Below, one piece after another: positions 1 to 13,855 of a DNA stretch of 64,000 bases; within the stretch, counting starts at the first letter, position 1, and every line of letters starts with the position of its first letter. The stretch lies in the NCBI GenBank assembly GCA_013239625.1, contig MU054212.1, forward strand, positions 992,001-1,056,000, written 5' to 3'. The position numbers were made by a program, and so were the translations under genes. The DNA is from Lama guanicoe. Lineage: Eukaryota. The notes under the pieces are model-generated. The model had not been told where the DNA came from and did not search any database. It saw only the letters and a program-made list of their open reading frames with translations.

Positions 1-100
1 TATAATAAACACTGAGGTCCAGAGAGGTGAAGGGACTTGCACAAGATCCCACAGCTACAAAATGTTAGCGTGGGATTTGAACCCAGCCGGTCTCTGTTTC
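1..100. mobile_element. MIR SINE fragment
   Basis: aacactgaggtccagagaggtgaagggacttgc...gggatttgaacccag is typical MIR core. Confidence 0.7.
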
Positions 101-332
101 ATCCTGCCTCCCAATGGTAGCAGCGAATAGCAGATGGCAAGGCACTTCCACGTTTATTCTAGCACCAACAATGGTTGGTTAGACAGAAAAAACATACAGG
201 CAGCAAAATCGGTATCACTCTGTAGTGTCAGTGTACTTGAGTTATAATCGTGTGAGTGATTAAGATGACAATGATCTCAATGGTAATAAATGTAGTAGGC
301 TGTTATTAATTTTACTGTTTTTCTGTCCCAAG

Positions 333-442
333 AACTGCCAGCATAACACTGCTGGGGAACACTGTGAACGCTGCAGAGAGGGTTACTATGGGAACGCCAT
401 CCACGGATCCTGTAGGGCCTGCCCATGCCCTCATTCAAACAG
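333..442 (+). CDS. LAMA3: Laminin alpha-3 exon 1 in window (LE repeat)
   Basis: ccaag|AAC...AACAG|gtact; NCQHNTAGEHCERCREGYYGNAIHGSCRACPCPHSN. Confidence 0.95.
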
Positions 443-469
443 GTACTGTGGAAGTTTGGAAATAATCTA

Positions 470-740
470 TAGAGACAGCTTGGTGGGTGCCTGCGCAGAG
501 GGTGGTGGTGGGAGGAAGTGGGAAGGGACTATTAGAGGGTCTGGGACTTCTTTTAGGGGTGATGAAAACGGTCTAAAATTGTAGTCACGACATTACAATT
601 CTGTGAACGTACTAAAAGCCATTGAATCGTACATTTTAGTTGGGTGAATTATATGGTATGTAAATTCTATCTTAATAAAGCAGTTCTATTAAAAAAAAAG
701 AATAAACAAAAAAATGCAAAACAAAACCAAAACAAAAATA
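470..740 (+). mobile_element. Old L1 (L1MB/MC/ME-like) 3' end with A-rich tail
   Basis: ggggtgatgaaaac...tactaaaagccattgaatcgtacattt...tatggtatgtaaatt...aataaag followed by an A-rich tract. Confidence 0.7.
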
Positions 741-1049
741 GGCTTTCCAGCTTGTATGCTTTTGGGTATTTCCTGGAGAATATAGGTAGTGGGTGTGGGA
801 AGCTGTCACGCTCAATAAGTATGGGCACAAATACCTCTGACGTATAGTTTCAGGTAGAGATGGGTTGTGCTGTTGATAAAAGGGTTATGTGGTTGATGGC
901 GAGTGAGTAGATTCTTTAGAGACGGGTGCAGGAGGGCTCTCTGGAGTTGTTGGATAGGGACCAATGAATGATGAGATGGGGTAAGCCGTAGCAATATCTT
1001 AGCAATGATGGTTCAAGGCAAGAGGAAAAATAAAAAAAAAAAAGTTGAG

Positions 1050-1290
1050 AAAGCCCCTGTAATGTTGTGTTTGTGAACAGTAAGAAGGCAAGAGCGGCTG
1101 GATTGCAGTGAGGGAGAGAGAGGGGGCAGGGAGATGAGGTTGGCAGGGCAGCCAGGGTTTAGATCCTGTACCTTGTGGGCTAGAGTGAGGCCCTTGGATT
1201 TTATCCTCAGTGTGATGGGAGCCACAGGACAGTTCTGAGCCACAGGGTGATGTGATCTGCATTGTCACCCAGGCTCCAGTATGGCCAGTG
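1050..1290 (-). mobile_element. L2 LINE fragment
   Basis: ggattttatcctcagtgtgatgggagccac...gtgatgtgatctg resembles L2 in reverse orientation. Confidence 0.55.
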
Positions 1291-2771
1291 GACTTTGTAA
1301 ATTGAAAGTCGCCGTGTTCCCTTCACGGGAATCCACGTTCTGTTTGGCCCTGTCTTGGCACCTTGACATAGTCTTGCTCATTATGACATGTTCACTGTGG
1401 GCCTAACGAAATATAACAGGTAACTAAGTGAAGCAAGTTTTGTTTTGAAAATCAGAAAGATACTGATAAAATATCAGTAGTTCTCGGTAAGAAGAACTTG
1501 TGTGGACTGCAAGGCTGATTAATATCAGCCAAGTTAACGGAGAAATTGGCTAGCTCTTAAAATTACCAGAAGTCACCTGCCCAGATGTGGAGATGCATGT
1601 TTGAAATGCACACCCTGTTTGCTATCTGTGTATTTGATACCCCTTAAACCTGCCCAGTCCTGTGTCTTTATTTGTAAAAGGATCTATCACTTAACACTTG
1701 CCCAGACTTGTTTGAACAGACGCTAGAGAGACTGCAGAGCAGCAAGATTTCCACGGATGCTCGGGGAAAGCTTTTCATCTTTGGCTGCAAAGCATATTAT
1801 CATCAAGGTCAGCTCCCAGCTTCCGTGCTGCTGAAGTAATGCGCAGTTCCTGAGATGTATTGGCAAAACCCTATTTTTATCTAATTCTCTTGCCAGCGAT
1901 ATTAATACTGCTGACAAATGTCTCACTGTCCCTTTAGAGGCGGAACTCTATATCTATCTAATCAGCCAAGAGAAGCTTCCCGAATAAGAATTCTCTTACC
2001 AGCAGGTGATCAATGGAGCTCTTTTCCCTCAGATTCATGTCAGTGTAATGTTCGATGGACACAGACATTTCACAAGGCAACAAGGCTTTTTCATGGTCTC
2101 TTTGTTTAATTTTAAAAAAGAATAAGCTTCTCAAATAGACGCCAGTTTAGAACTAAAAGAAAGGGAATCAAAATTCCAACCTGAGTTGAAAAATGTGGAA
2201 ATCACCAATGACTGTGTCAACAGAGATGGCTGGACCTAAAGCGGGCTCTGTACTTTAGTCCCCTCTAAAGGGCTCGCAGGGCATGGCCCCACTGCCACTT
2301 TTTCTTCCCCGGAGAGATTGTGCCCAGTATAAAAGAACTAGAATAAATAGGGAGAAAAAAATTCTTTTAGAAGAATCAGAACTCTCTGTTCTTTTTTTCT
2401 GCCTAGACTTGTTTTATTCATTCCTTGTTATTTCTGGGAAAATGCTGCTGTAATCATCTCTTCCAAACTGAGTTACTGTACTCTGTCTTAAGGGAAGGAA
2501 TGTATTTCTCAAGCCAAAAATAAAACAAAGCAAATGCCTTCAGTCCTTATTCACCCAAATCTGCCCAATGTCAGCTGAAATTATTCATCATTATCTCTAC
2601 AAGTCTTGATGGGCAACATGTTCTTCACACAAAGGGTAGCCAGACCCTTGGTTTCCAATTTCACTGAAAGCCAAGTTGGATTTTTTTTTTTTTTGGCAGG
2701 AAATGAGCATAAAGCTTGTTGGTTTATGTTTTTACTGGGTTTTTTATTTTTGTTTTTTGTCTTTCTTCAAG

Positions 2772-2852
2772 TTTTGCCACCGGCTGTGTTGTGACTGGTG
2801 GAAATGTGAAGTGCTCCTGCAAACCTGGATACACAGGAACACAGTGCGAAAG
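2772..2852 (+). CDS. LAMA3: Laminin alpha-3 exon 2 in window (LE repeat)
   Basis: ttcaag|TTTTGCC...GAAAG|gtggg; FATGCVVTGGNVKCSCKPGYTGTQCE. Confidence 0.95.
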
Positions 2853-3215
2853 GTGGGTGCTGGTCCTCCCCCATCTCGGAGGTGGGGGTGGGCAGGCTGC
2901 TGCCCACACCTGCACCTGGGCTGTGGGTGGGGCTCTGCTGGGTCGTGGCTCAGAGCTAGGGGTGGGGCTGCTGGTTCCACTGAGGCTGGAAAAAGGTCTC
3001 TTGGGAAAAATACAAGGCTGCTCACTTAATAAGTCATTAGCTTCCTTCTCTTCCTTGTTTTGTGCCTATTTCAGAAATTTGAGAATGAGGTCCAGTATAT
3101 ATGTCATGGCCCTATACTCACCAGCAAACACCTCCATATACCTACATACTTATAGATACACCTACATACCCCCACCCCCATCCATGCACACCCCACACAC
3201 CCCCTACATCTCTAC

Positions 3216-3482
3216 AAGCCCCACCCCCTGCAAATACCTACACACACCCACCTTCACATAAACTCATCCATACATAGTCCTATCTCCAGTACTTGCCTTT
3301 TACACAAACATTCAGCTCTGCATACTTCTACATACACACACAACCCTAAAAGCCCCTCCCCCTGCAAATACCTACACACACCCACCTTCACATAAACTCA
3401 TCCATACATAGTCCTATCTCCAGTACTTGCCTTTTACACAAACATTCAGCTCTGCATACTTCTACATACACACACAACCCTA
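3216..3482. repeat. 134-bp-period tandem duplication (2 copies) in CA-rich low-complexity DNA
   Basis: 3216-3348 and 3350-3482 are identical except A3223 vs T3357. Confidence 0.95.
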
Positions 3483-3999
3483 GCTATTCCAACACACACA
3501 CCCCCTCTTAATGTCCACAGGATGTTCTGAACACTTGCCTCAGTTCTGAATCCCTAGTGCCCAGTATGGTCCTGTTCACATAATAGGTGTTCAGCAATGC
3601 TTGTAAAACGAAAGAATACATGTTACAAAATGGAAAATGTGTACTTGATTATAAAGAGCCACAGAGCCAAGCTTTAGTTTTTCACCAGCAATCGTTTCAT
3701 GATTAGCTACTGTGCCCCAGGGCACTGCCAAGTATTGCGACGACTATGGAAGGTGCTAGTAATGTAGACAGGAAGATAGCGCACACGTATTTGGAAAAGT
3801 AACAGTATAACAAATGAATCATATGGACAACGTATTTTTAAATTTAAAGTAACTATCATAAAGCCAATACATAACTATTATAAAAATGTTGTAATACAGG
3901 TGAGCAAAGAATTAATAAGGCAAAGAACATTATAATAAGTACCTACCCCCACATCACCTACTCATGTGTGCTCACCTACAGTGCTTTTCCTAATCATTT

Positions 4000-4920
4000 T
4001 GCCCACAGAAAACCACTGTTAAAAGCTTGTACGTTCTCACAGGTCAGTTCTATATGCAGACTTTTTCTTTTTGAAGAAGTAGATTCCATTTTGCTTCGTG
4101 TTTTGACTTGTTTTCTCATCTAACAGTATATCAGTAATATCTTTCCATATCAATAAGTATTCAATGATAGCATCCTGTCAGGTCCAGGAAGTTCCACTGA
4201 GTTGCCATAATCCCCCACTATTGGTCTTTGAGATAGTTTTACTGTTTTACAGTCAAAGCAGCACTAAGAGTAAATCCTTTTAGCTAAATATTTGTGAACA
4301 AAATCCTCAAGCTATAATTATAGAAGTCCATCTTTTGGGTCAAAGTGTAAGTACATTTTTTCAGACTTTTGATACATTTTGCAAAATTGCCTTCCGGAAA
4401 GATTATATCTGTTTACTACACTACTGGCGGCAAAAGAGCAATTGCCTACCTCCAGTGGATGTGAAAATGACCAGTTTTATAAAAATTTGCCAAGTTGATA
4501 GGGAGATGTTGCATGTTATTTTGATTTTTTTGTTTAATAATTAGATTGGATTTTTTATGTGCTTATTGACTATTTGTAAATCTCATTTTTTAAATTACTT
4601 TCCAAGTCTTTTACTCATGTTTTCTAGCAGAATGTTCTTTTATTCTTTTATTGGTTTGCACAGATTCTCTTAGAGGAAACAAATCCTTCATACTGTATGT
4701 TGCAAATATACTTCTCAGTTTTGTTTTTCGTTTTATGTTTCTTGGTTTTGTTTTTGTCAATCTGAGATACGCATCAGTTAAGTTTCATTATATTTGTATC
4801 TATTCTTTTATCCTTTAGGGTTTTGGCCAGTAGTGTCTTGCTTAGAGAGATTATATAAATGCTTATTGATATTTTCTTTTGGCACTTTGATGGTTTTATA
4901 CCATACACTCAAATTTTCAT
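4000..4920 (-). mobile_element. Degenerate old L1 fragment
   Basis: T-rich tract with L1M-like phrases (tattgactatttgtaaatct, gtatgttgcaaatata, tgcaaaattgccttcc); boundaries approximate. Confidence 0.5.
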
Positions 4921-7900
4921 GTTGGTGAAAATGTGGAAACTTGCCTTTTGGTGGTGTTGCATCTCACAGGGCAAATAGGTAAGGATCAACATATAAGTTG
5001 AAAACTGACCAGAGTTTAAATAACGTTGGCGATCCCTATATCCCATCGCTCAGTAACGCAGGGGCCACATTGCATGAAATGCACGTGGTGTTTGGTTACA
5101 GCCAAACCACTTCCATAGGGGGAGACATTCACCCCCGGAGAGGCCCAGGGACGCGAGCCCGGCCAGGAGAGCGAGCAGCAGGCTCACAGCCCTCACATCA
5201 TGCTCACTGCAGGACGGGTGCTCACAGGGTGCTGGGATAGGCACTCCGGCTGTTTTTCCCTCCTACTCCCTCCCATGCTCTCACACTCTTGTCTTTATTT
5301 TGCCAAATACCTTTAGTTGAATTCACTGAAGCTAAATGTGTTCAAAATTTCCATGTAAACTTGGATTTGTTCTGTAACATTTGTTTTGTACACTTTACTT
5401 GGTTCTGGTGTCATTATCACTCCTGCATCATTTCTGAAACTATAAAATGGCTTTGAATATTTGATTGAGCAAGGCTCCCCTGGGAACCCTTATTTAAATT
5501 TTTCCTGGACCATTCTATTATTTTTATGGATATGATTTAGAAGAGTTTCACCAAATTTCAAAAAACAGAAAACTAATTCAACTGGATTTCATAGGAAGGC
5601 AGGGCCCTTGGGATTATCCGAGACATTTTGTGGACAAGGTGAGACTGAGGGAGGGCGAAGGAATGACGAGAACCAGTGGAGCTGGAAGGTGGAGGTAGAA
5701 GTCAGCTCAAGTCAGGGAAGTAATGCAAGAAAGCCCATGGGCCTGGAGGGTACCTGCCCGGGTGGGAGGGCGGCTGCCTTATCACAGGGAACACTGGGCC
5801 TTGGCTAAGGGTCTGGGCACTGTCCTGTGGCAGAAAGGAGTGATTCAGGATTCTTTTATTTTTCATTTCTGCAAGAGGAACGTGGCCCGCACTTGCCTCA
5901 CATCTATGGTTCATTCTTTATTTCAGTAAAAAATGTATGGTGATCCTAGTTTATGCCTGCGCTGTGCTCAGTATTAGGGACACAGTAGCCGCCAGAGCAC
6001 AGGCTCCGCCCTCAAGGGTTTTACAGTCCAGTGGTGGCCAGATATACAAGTGAGCGGATAAAAAAGAGAGAGAACGTGGCTGGACTAGATCAGGCTGCAT
6101 CTGGCCTTGAAGGCTGAGGGACAGAAGGGGCAGCTACCCCGAGACAAGAAGGACGGGTGGGGTGGGGAATGGGGCTTGGGAGGGTCTTCCGGCCTCTGTG
6201 ATTTAACACTTCTGGGACTCCCGCCTGGGAGAGGCTTCCTAATTTACATCCCCTGATGGTTCTTCACAAACAGTGAAGTGGAAAACAGCACCAGGCTGGA
6301 GGAGACATCCATCTGGCAGGCAGCTGATTAGAGAAGGGAAATTCTTAATTAACTGCTTTCTTAGCTTATGTTTGTTATGTTTGATGTCTCGAGAAGGCAA
6401 ACTGCTTAAAAAAAAAGAAACAAACAAAACCTTTTTCACAGGTTAATGCTATTTTATTGTCAAAATTTTTCATTTGTTGAACATTTATTGAGCGGTCACT
6501 CCGTGCCAGGCTGCCAGGCACCCTTCCAGTACTAGTGGTTAACTGTGCGATGATAAAATGCAAGCCCAGGGGAGCGAGAGGTAGGAATCTGCAGGAGCTG
6601 GCTGGGCAGAGGGGGAGCAGCCAGGCTGGGGAGTGGGGGTGCTCCCAGCTCGTCCTGCACTCCGGGGCACATTTCTCCCTCGTCCACTCAGAGCCACAGA
6701 TGATAGGTGTGTTCTCTGCCCTTTGTTTGTCATACCAATGTCATTCTGAAATCAGGAAGTTTTACTTCGGTCCATTGTGTTTAGCCACTACCATAAAATG
6801 AGAATAAGGGAACCAGTTATTTCTTGTAATCGGTGACGGATGCTTTGCAAGAGTAAGAAAGAAGCGGAATCAAGCTTCCTGAATATTTATATAACTTTGA
6901 GATAGTTCATAATTATGTATCTTTTACCTGGGAAGATTAAATATAGGTGAGGCATCTAAAAAGAAAGTATTTCAAACAGAGATCTTTTGTGGAGTGTGGA
7001 TTGTTAGTCAGGATGCAGGGCTGGTCACTTCAAGTCAAGCCCTGTTACCGTAACAGCTTGCCTAGTAGACTTGGATGAGCCACCGTGGCTTAGTTACCTT
7101 CCTGATAATTAGGAAATATATGGGTTTGCTGCCTCCTGTCTACCTGCTGAAATGCAGTAATCCCAGGTGATACCAACTATACATGCACACCTGTATACAA
7201 ATATTTCATCATGCTTAAATGGTAGTAGCTACCTTTTGCTGAGTGTCTATTTTGTGCAGTCACTGTACTAGATTCTTTACTATGTTACTTTGTATCCTAC
7301 ATCCATCCACCAACATAGGCGTTGTTAGTACAATTTTTCATTCATTCATTCATTCAACATATACTTATCTCTGATACCTAATGTGGGTCCAGGCACTAGC
7401 CCACGTGCGAGGGATGTTATCAGTGAGAAAAACAGCCAAACAAATCCACATCCTCATGGAGCCTGTGTTTTCATAAGAGGAATAGATGTAGAAATGGAAG
7501 CCTGAGGGGTTAAGACACCAGCCCGAGATTACACAGATTGTGGTGGAGGCGGGGGTCCCGCCGGAGCTCCATGATTCAAACCTGTGTCCTTCGACGCATG
7601 GCACCAGTGTGTCCGTGGGTAAAGCTTATTTAAATTGCCTCAGAGTTCCTTCATGAGAAGCTTCAATTTGGGTAAGAGAGTCAAATCCCATATGTCCTTG
7701 ATTCTGTCAGTTCCATGGATGGTAAGACACCACACACTTCGTTTTAATGACAGTTTGCCGTGGAGGGGTAAAGTGGGAGTGGAGCTTTGCTGATGAATAG
7801 AATTTGATTTACATCCCAGCTCCAGGGACATTACGTGTTTGTTTTATTTTTTTGAGAAAACACACAGAAACTCAAAATCAAGGAAATGTGATCTTTTAAC

Positions 7901-8526
7901 TTATAAAAAAGGAACTGGGTTCTCATCACTGAATCATCCAGAACAACAAAGGCCAGGCCAAGGGGTGGCTGGGGCCGCTCCCAGCCGTCTAGCCCCTTCT
8001 GCGCTTCGCTGCCGCAGTTAGTGCGAACACTCATGAGTCATGCAGACGTGAAGTAGTGCAATAGGAAACATTAATAAAATCCCCTTTTATGTGAAATTTG
8101 AAATTATATGAATTTTACTCTAACTTTTTTTTTGAGAAAATTAGCCATAAATTAAGCAGTATGTAATTGTGTGATATCTTCAGGAACACAACTCTTGCAT
8201 GAAAGTCAGTCACCCCTGATTTTCATATTGGTTCAACCACTGGCTCCTTGTTGCATTTTGTTCATCTGCCGTTTGGCTGTAGGGGTGACTGAGGACTCTG
8301 TCATCCAGGGCATGAAGGAGGAGGGGAGCAATCTCTGCCTTCCTCCCCTCTCCTCGTTCTCATTCAAGTCATAAACGTCTCTGTACCGAGACATGTTCAC
8401 CCTTGCAAACCTATGTCAGTCCTTCCTCTTCTAGGGTTACAATGTCCCAAACAGGGAGCCAGAAGTTGAGAAAAGTGGGTGCAATAAATGATGAGTTATT
8501 TTCCCCTTTTTCTGCATTCTGTGTAG

Positions 8527-8633
8527 GTGTGCACCGGGGTATTTTGGGAATCCCCAGAAATTTGGAGGTAGCTGCCAGCCATGCAATTGTAACAACAATG
8601 GCCAGTTGGGCAGTTGTGACCCCCTGACTGGAG
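8527..8633 (+). CDS. LAMA3: Laminin alpha-3 exon 3 in window (LE repeat)
   Basis: gtag|GTGT...GGAG|gtaag; [35 protein letters not shown]. Confidence 0.95.
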
Positions 8634-10040
8634 GTAAGATCGACTCACACCTCTGTTAACCTACATTTATCAAAGTGCTATGACATAACAGGCAGAGAAC
8701 TCAAACAAGCATTTTCAGGAAGCGTACTACACAGTTCCAGCTGGTAAATTGTCCCCTTGTTTTGACAAAGTCGGGAATGCTTAGGTAGAATTCACAGCTT
8801 TGGTGACTAACTTTCTTCAAGTAGGTTTTAATTTTGTTTAAATAGGTAAATTGTTTTTAAAACTTAGCTAATTATAGCTAAAATAACTTCAGACCCTATT
8901 TTGGAGATTTTGCTAAGATCGCCTTTGACGTTATCAGGTTATCATCTCATCAGCTTTCTTCCTGTGTGTATCTGAAGATGTCAGAGTGCTCTTTCTCTAA
9001 CAGCTATAACTGTTCTAGGATGTGCGTGTATAATTGAGATGAATTTTATGTACCAAGGGAAAGAGTACTGGGAGTTAGTTTGGATTCATTAGGAACGAGT
9101 TGAAAAAAAGGAAGACTAGCCTCTTCCTTCTTTGATGGAGAATGTTAATGTGATTTATCAGGAAAATGCCATTGAGATAGTGCAATGCCAACTCCTTAGG
9201 TAAAATGTGTCATCTTATAGTTATGGACAAGCTGAGGACCTAAACCCTGGATGTGTGGATTAGACCTGCTCAGGTGACTGTTCCCAAAGGAACGCAAAGT
9301 AGATGGATTATTGTCAGTCTGGAATGCGGTGTCGATTATCACGCCTTGCGGGCTTCATCTGGGCTCCGTCTTGTTCAGCATGGTTGATTTTGAATAGAAA
9401 CGAAGGCATGCCCACCCAGTTACCAGATGGTGCGAGGTCGGGAGAGCTGGGAGATGCCTCCTGTCACACAGAATACAAAAGGGCCTCAACAGCCTGGAGT
9501 GAGGGGCCAGTTCTGACTGGACAAAATTATGTTAGGGGTACGCACTGTTGTGAACTTGTCTGCCTCCCCTGTAGGACCATTAAACCACAGGACAGCAGGG
9601 ACTTTTGTCTCGATAGTGTTGTGTCCCTGCACCCAGCACAGGGCCGTGGGCGACTGCTCAGAGGTGCTCAGTGAGGGTCTGTTGAATGTTCCTGAGTGAC
9701 ACCGAGAGAGACGTCAGCAGCTGTTTGGGAGGCTGTCAAGTGAAGCCAACAGTAATGATGCGGAGTTCTTGCTTGATAAGAGTGGCCTGACCCTTTGTAG
9801 AGAAGAGACTGAAGGTGTAGTCAGAGAGGCCACAAGAGAAGTTGCTGCAGGAAGACGTTTGGGAGATGAGAAGGTGCCCTGAGTGGTGGCCTGGGTGAGG
9901 GAGGGAAAAGGAGGGGCCAGCGGTGCCGGGGGGTTGGGTGACTAAAATCTTCCAAAGCTAGCTTTTCTGAAAGCCAAGTTGAAAACTACATGGAGAGTAA
10001 GTTTAATAATACTGTCTTTTTTGGTTATTCCTCATTTCAG

Positions 10041-10091
10041 ACTGCATAGACCAGGAACCCAAAGATAGCGGCCCTGGAGAAGAATGTGATG
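10041..10091 (+). CDS. LAMA3: Laminin alpha-3 exon 4 in window
   Basis: ttcag|ACTGC...GATG|gtgag; DCIDQEPKDSGPGEECD. Confidence 0.95.
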
Positions 10092-10214
10092 GTGAGAAAA
10101 GAAAGCGCTCCTCCTTCCTAAGTTATGGGGTTCAGCTTGAGGTCCGGGAGCCCCACACTGGGACGTGCAGTTTCCAGTCTGGGAAAGCAGTGGTGGGGGA
10201 GGTGGGATGAGGGA

Positions 10215-10435
10215 TGCCTAGGGTCAAACCCAGCCCCTGTCAGCTGACAGCTGTATGACCTCGGGCCAGTGACCTCACTTCTTCACGCCTTAGTTGCATC
10301 ATTTGTAAAATGGTCATCATAACTACACCAACTTATAAAGTTGTTGAAACTTATAAAGTTAAAAAATACTTACAAATCCCTTGTCCTGACGCCTGGTAAA
10401 TAGCAAGCACTCAGTAAATAAAAGCTATTTATTAT
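10215..10435. mobile_element. MIR SINE
   Basis: ctgtatgacctcgggccagtgacctcac...catttgtaaaatgg...tagcaagcactcagtaaat. Confidence 0.7.
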
Positions 10436-10485
10436 CATTTTTCCCACATACAAAATAAGCAACAAGTTGTATAGACTCACCATTT

Positions 10486-10800
10486 CCCTTTTTCGCCCAG
10501 TTTTATTGAGCTATAATTGACATTCAACATTGTGTTAGTTTAAGGGGTACAACATAATGATTTGACGTATTTATGTGTTGTGAAATGATCACAGTAAGTT
10601 TGGTTAACGTCCATCATCTCGCAGTTAGAATTTTCTTTCTTGCCTTAAGAATTTTTAAGATTACTCTCTCAGCGACTTTCAAATATACAATACAGTGTTG
10701 TAACTGTAGTTGCCGTGCTGTGTATTACATCCCAAGAACTTACTTATTTTATAGCGAAGCTTGTACCACTTGACCACCTTTGCCCATTTCCCCCATGCCA
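10486..10800 (-). mobile_element. L1 (L1MA-like) 3' end
   Basis: ttttattgagctataattgaca...tgtgaaatgatcacagtaagttt...tacatcccaagaacttact is the reverse complement of an L1 3' UTR. Confidence 0.75.
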
Positions 10801-10987
10801 CCATTTCTTTGTAAAACGCCCCGTGTCTAGAGCACTCCCTTTATCCTTCCCTGAGAAGTCCAGGATTGTGATTTTTGCTCGTGATGGTCCATGTGCCTGT
10901 GAACTGGGCCCCACATCCCTGGTGCTCCCTCTGCATTCCCGTGGCTCCAGCCCCTAGCATGTTTGCCTTTGACTGTGGCCCCTGCAG

Positions 10988-11139
10988 ATTGTGACAGCTG
11001 TGTGATGACGCTGTTGAACGACCTGGCCACCATGGCTGATGAGCTCCGCCTGGTCAAGTCTCAGCTGCAGGGCCTGAGTGCCAGCCCGGGGACTCTGGAG
11101 CAGCTGAAGCACCTGGAGATCCAGAGCAAGGAGCTGCGG
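10988..11139 (+). CDS. LAMA3: Laminin alpha-3 exon 5 in window (start of coiled coil)
   Basis: tgcag|ATTGT...CTGCGG|gtagg; DCDSCVMTLLNDLATMADELRLVKSQLQGLSAS...KELR. Confidence 0.95.
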
Positions 11140-11399
11140 GTAGGTACCCCGTGGTCCAGCTCGATGCCTGGCCCAGGGTAGACGCCTGATGAAGAGATGC
11201 TGCATGAACGGCTACTCCCCTCGCAGGAGAAGGGGAGAGGCTGACGCCACTGAACCCTTGCGGGTGGGTGCTGCCCTCCTTCCTCTCATCTAAATGAAGA
11301 TTAGATTTGTACTGGTGAAAAGTGCTAGCGAACACACAACACTAACACTTCTAAGTGAACATTCCTGCTGAATTGTTTCTGGGTCGATTTTTCTCCTAG

Positions 11400-11905
11400 T
11401 CTTTAGTTCGGTATGTTGCATTCAGCAGCCTCAAATATGAATTTGAGTAAAAGTGTTATTAATTCTCCTTTAAATGTTGGATGGAATTTTCCATTGAAAC
11501 CCTGCCTTTCATTTTCTAATTTCATAAGATAAAAGCTTATTTACTGATCCCAAGCCTTTCTTGTTTCTAATGTAAGCGTTTAATGCTGTAAGTTTCCCCC
11601 TAAGCACTATGTTAGCTGTATCCCACACATTTTTAAATTTTGTTTTCATTTTCATTCAATTCAAAAGATTTTCTAATTTCCCTTGTGACGTATCTTTGAC
11701 ATCTAAGTTATTTAAAACTGTATTGTTTAACTTCCAAATTGGGGATTTTCCAGGTAACTCTGTTACTGATTTCTGCTTTAACTCTGTTGGGATCAGAGAA
11801 CATACGTTATGATTCTAATCCTTTTAAATGTGTTGATGTCTGTTTTATAGCTCAGAACGTGGTCCATCTTGGAGAATAATATTCTATGTGCCCTTGGAAA
11901 GAAGG
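11400..11905 (-). mobile_element. L1 ORF2 (endonuclease-region) fragment
   Basis: Minus-strand translation FSKMDHVLSYKTDINTFKRIRII resembles L1 ORF2 FSxIDHxLGHKTxLNKFKKIEII. Confidence 0.7.
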
Positions 11906-13855
11906 TGGCCAAGAGGGTAACCTGAGAAGTACTATAACCCAAAGTGGCCCACAGGCCAGAGTCAGGCTCCCTGGGGGAAAACTGGGGTCTCTTCTGCCTA
12001 TAAACGGAGGCTGAAAGAATAACCTTGAAACTGCCCAATCCCCATTGCTGGGCGGTGGCTGTATGAGAACCTAGGAGAGCAACAATGTTATAGCCAGGAC
12101 GTGGACAAGGTCCACAAACCAGGACCTGTGCTGGCGTGTGACATTCTCAACATGACCACTGTGTACAAGTCCTAAGCTGCCAGTATAGGACCTGGTCCTG
12201 AACTGAGGAGTCTAGGGTGGGAGTGGTGATGACCATAATATCACTGGACAAGGCACAGAGGGCGCAGAGAGAAGAGGAAATCTCCCTCTCAGAATGAGCC
12301 CGCAAACGCTGTAACAGACAGATAACAGGAAAGACATGCGGCAGAAGCAACAGTCTAGTGGTGAATTCCCTTTAGAGAAAATGAAAATCATAGAACAATC
12401 TGAAAATTACTTTGAAGAATAACATCCAATAGAAGGAACAAGAAATTAAGAAAAAAATTTTAAAACACCAGAAACCAAACAAGAAGAGAGAGATATGAAA
12501 AGGTTTAATTAAAAATCATGGAAATGAAAAAAATGTACTCATTGAAGTAAAATAATTCAGCAGATGAGATAAACCCTAAGCTAGACATAGTGAAAGAGGC
12601 TTTGGGGAAAGTTTAATATGTGCTTTTGGAATGAGGGCTGATTCTAAACCCATAAGTGGCTATGGTTGAGTATATATAGCAAAAAATAGTGCTAGAAAAT
12701 GACTCTTTTCCATCCCATTAGGGTAATTTTAGGGCATAGTTTAAAGGCTTAATATGGAGAGGAAGAGGGAAAAGACTTTATGCTTTGAGAGGAAAAAGAG
12801 CCACTTGAGTTCCTCTGATGTCATCAATACAGCCCTGCACGTTTTCAGCGAAGGGAGCCAACATTTCAGTATCCATCCTTTGCACCACGCTCTGTGCTAA
12901 GTGCTTTGCTTAAGTCTCACAACATCCTATGACGAAAATAACCTTATTTTATTTAACAGGCATGTAAGAGCTAAATAACTTGGCCGCAATCACATAGCTA
13001 GTATGTGGTGGTTCTAGAAGAATTCAAACCAAGATCCGGCTCTAAAGACCATGGTTTTCACCCACTTTACCTCTGATGCAGACATTCTGCTGACACTGTT
13101 TAGAATCATGTGCCTCCGTTTTCCTACAGCAACATTAAAATAGACCTATCTTCTTGCAATATCACACAAATGCTTTGAAAATGCAGTAGGAATGTGTTTG
13201 AGAAGGCGACTAACTTTTTTGAACTGTCGCGTGTACATGACATTTTTATGATACATTAGCCCACTTGTCACCAAAAACAACCCAGCAGCTTAGTATTTCA
13301 ATCCCCAATATACAGAAGAAGGAGACGAGGCTCAGCGAGCTTATCTGTTAAGTGGTGGACCTAGGGTTTGGACCTGACCTGGAAAGCCTGTGTTCTTTTA
13401 CCGAATGCTGACTCTCATGTACAAATAGAGGTAATAGCATTACTTTTTCTTGCAAAAATTTTCAAGGTAGTAACGCATTCCCCCCGCCAAAGTTGAAAAT
13501 ATTGGCTATTCTAGATGCCATGTGCTGCCATGTCACCCTCTACAAGGAATGATGCAGTCAGAACCCAAACAAGGACCTGGGTTTTGGTCCTGAAGTAATC
13601 ACTGATCACCTGTCCTGCGGTGGCATGGATGGGCCACCCAAGTTCTTTGGGCTTCCGTTTTCTCATTTTTTTCATGTTAAATGAGGGCTTTCAATTAAAT
13701 GTGCTCTGAGTCTCCCTCCTGCTCTATAATTCTTTGAATCCAATGGTTCTTTCAGCAGAGTAGCCATAGGCACTTCTTTTTAGTATCATCAGGTAAAATA
13801 TAGGTTAAAAACAACTGACTTTATTATAGGATCTGGAAGTTAGTACATTCGTTTC

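Noticed and set aside
2716..3261. 181-aa ORF extending exon 2 into the intron (possible truncated LaNt-like isoform)
   Set aside because: The extension runs into GC-rich then CA-rich low-complexity DNA, and I saw no nearby AATAAA to support intronic polyadenylation
10330..10360. Short direct repeats (AACTTATAAAGTT twice; also CCTCTTGCCCAG twice at 35183-35209)
   Set aside because: Ordinary slippage micro-duplications with no insert or functional context
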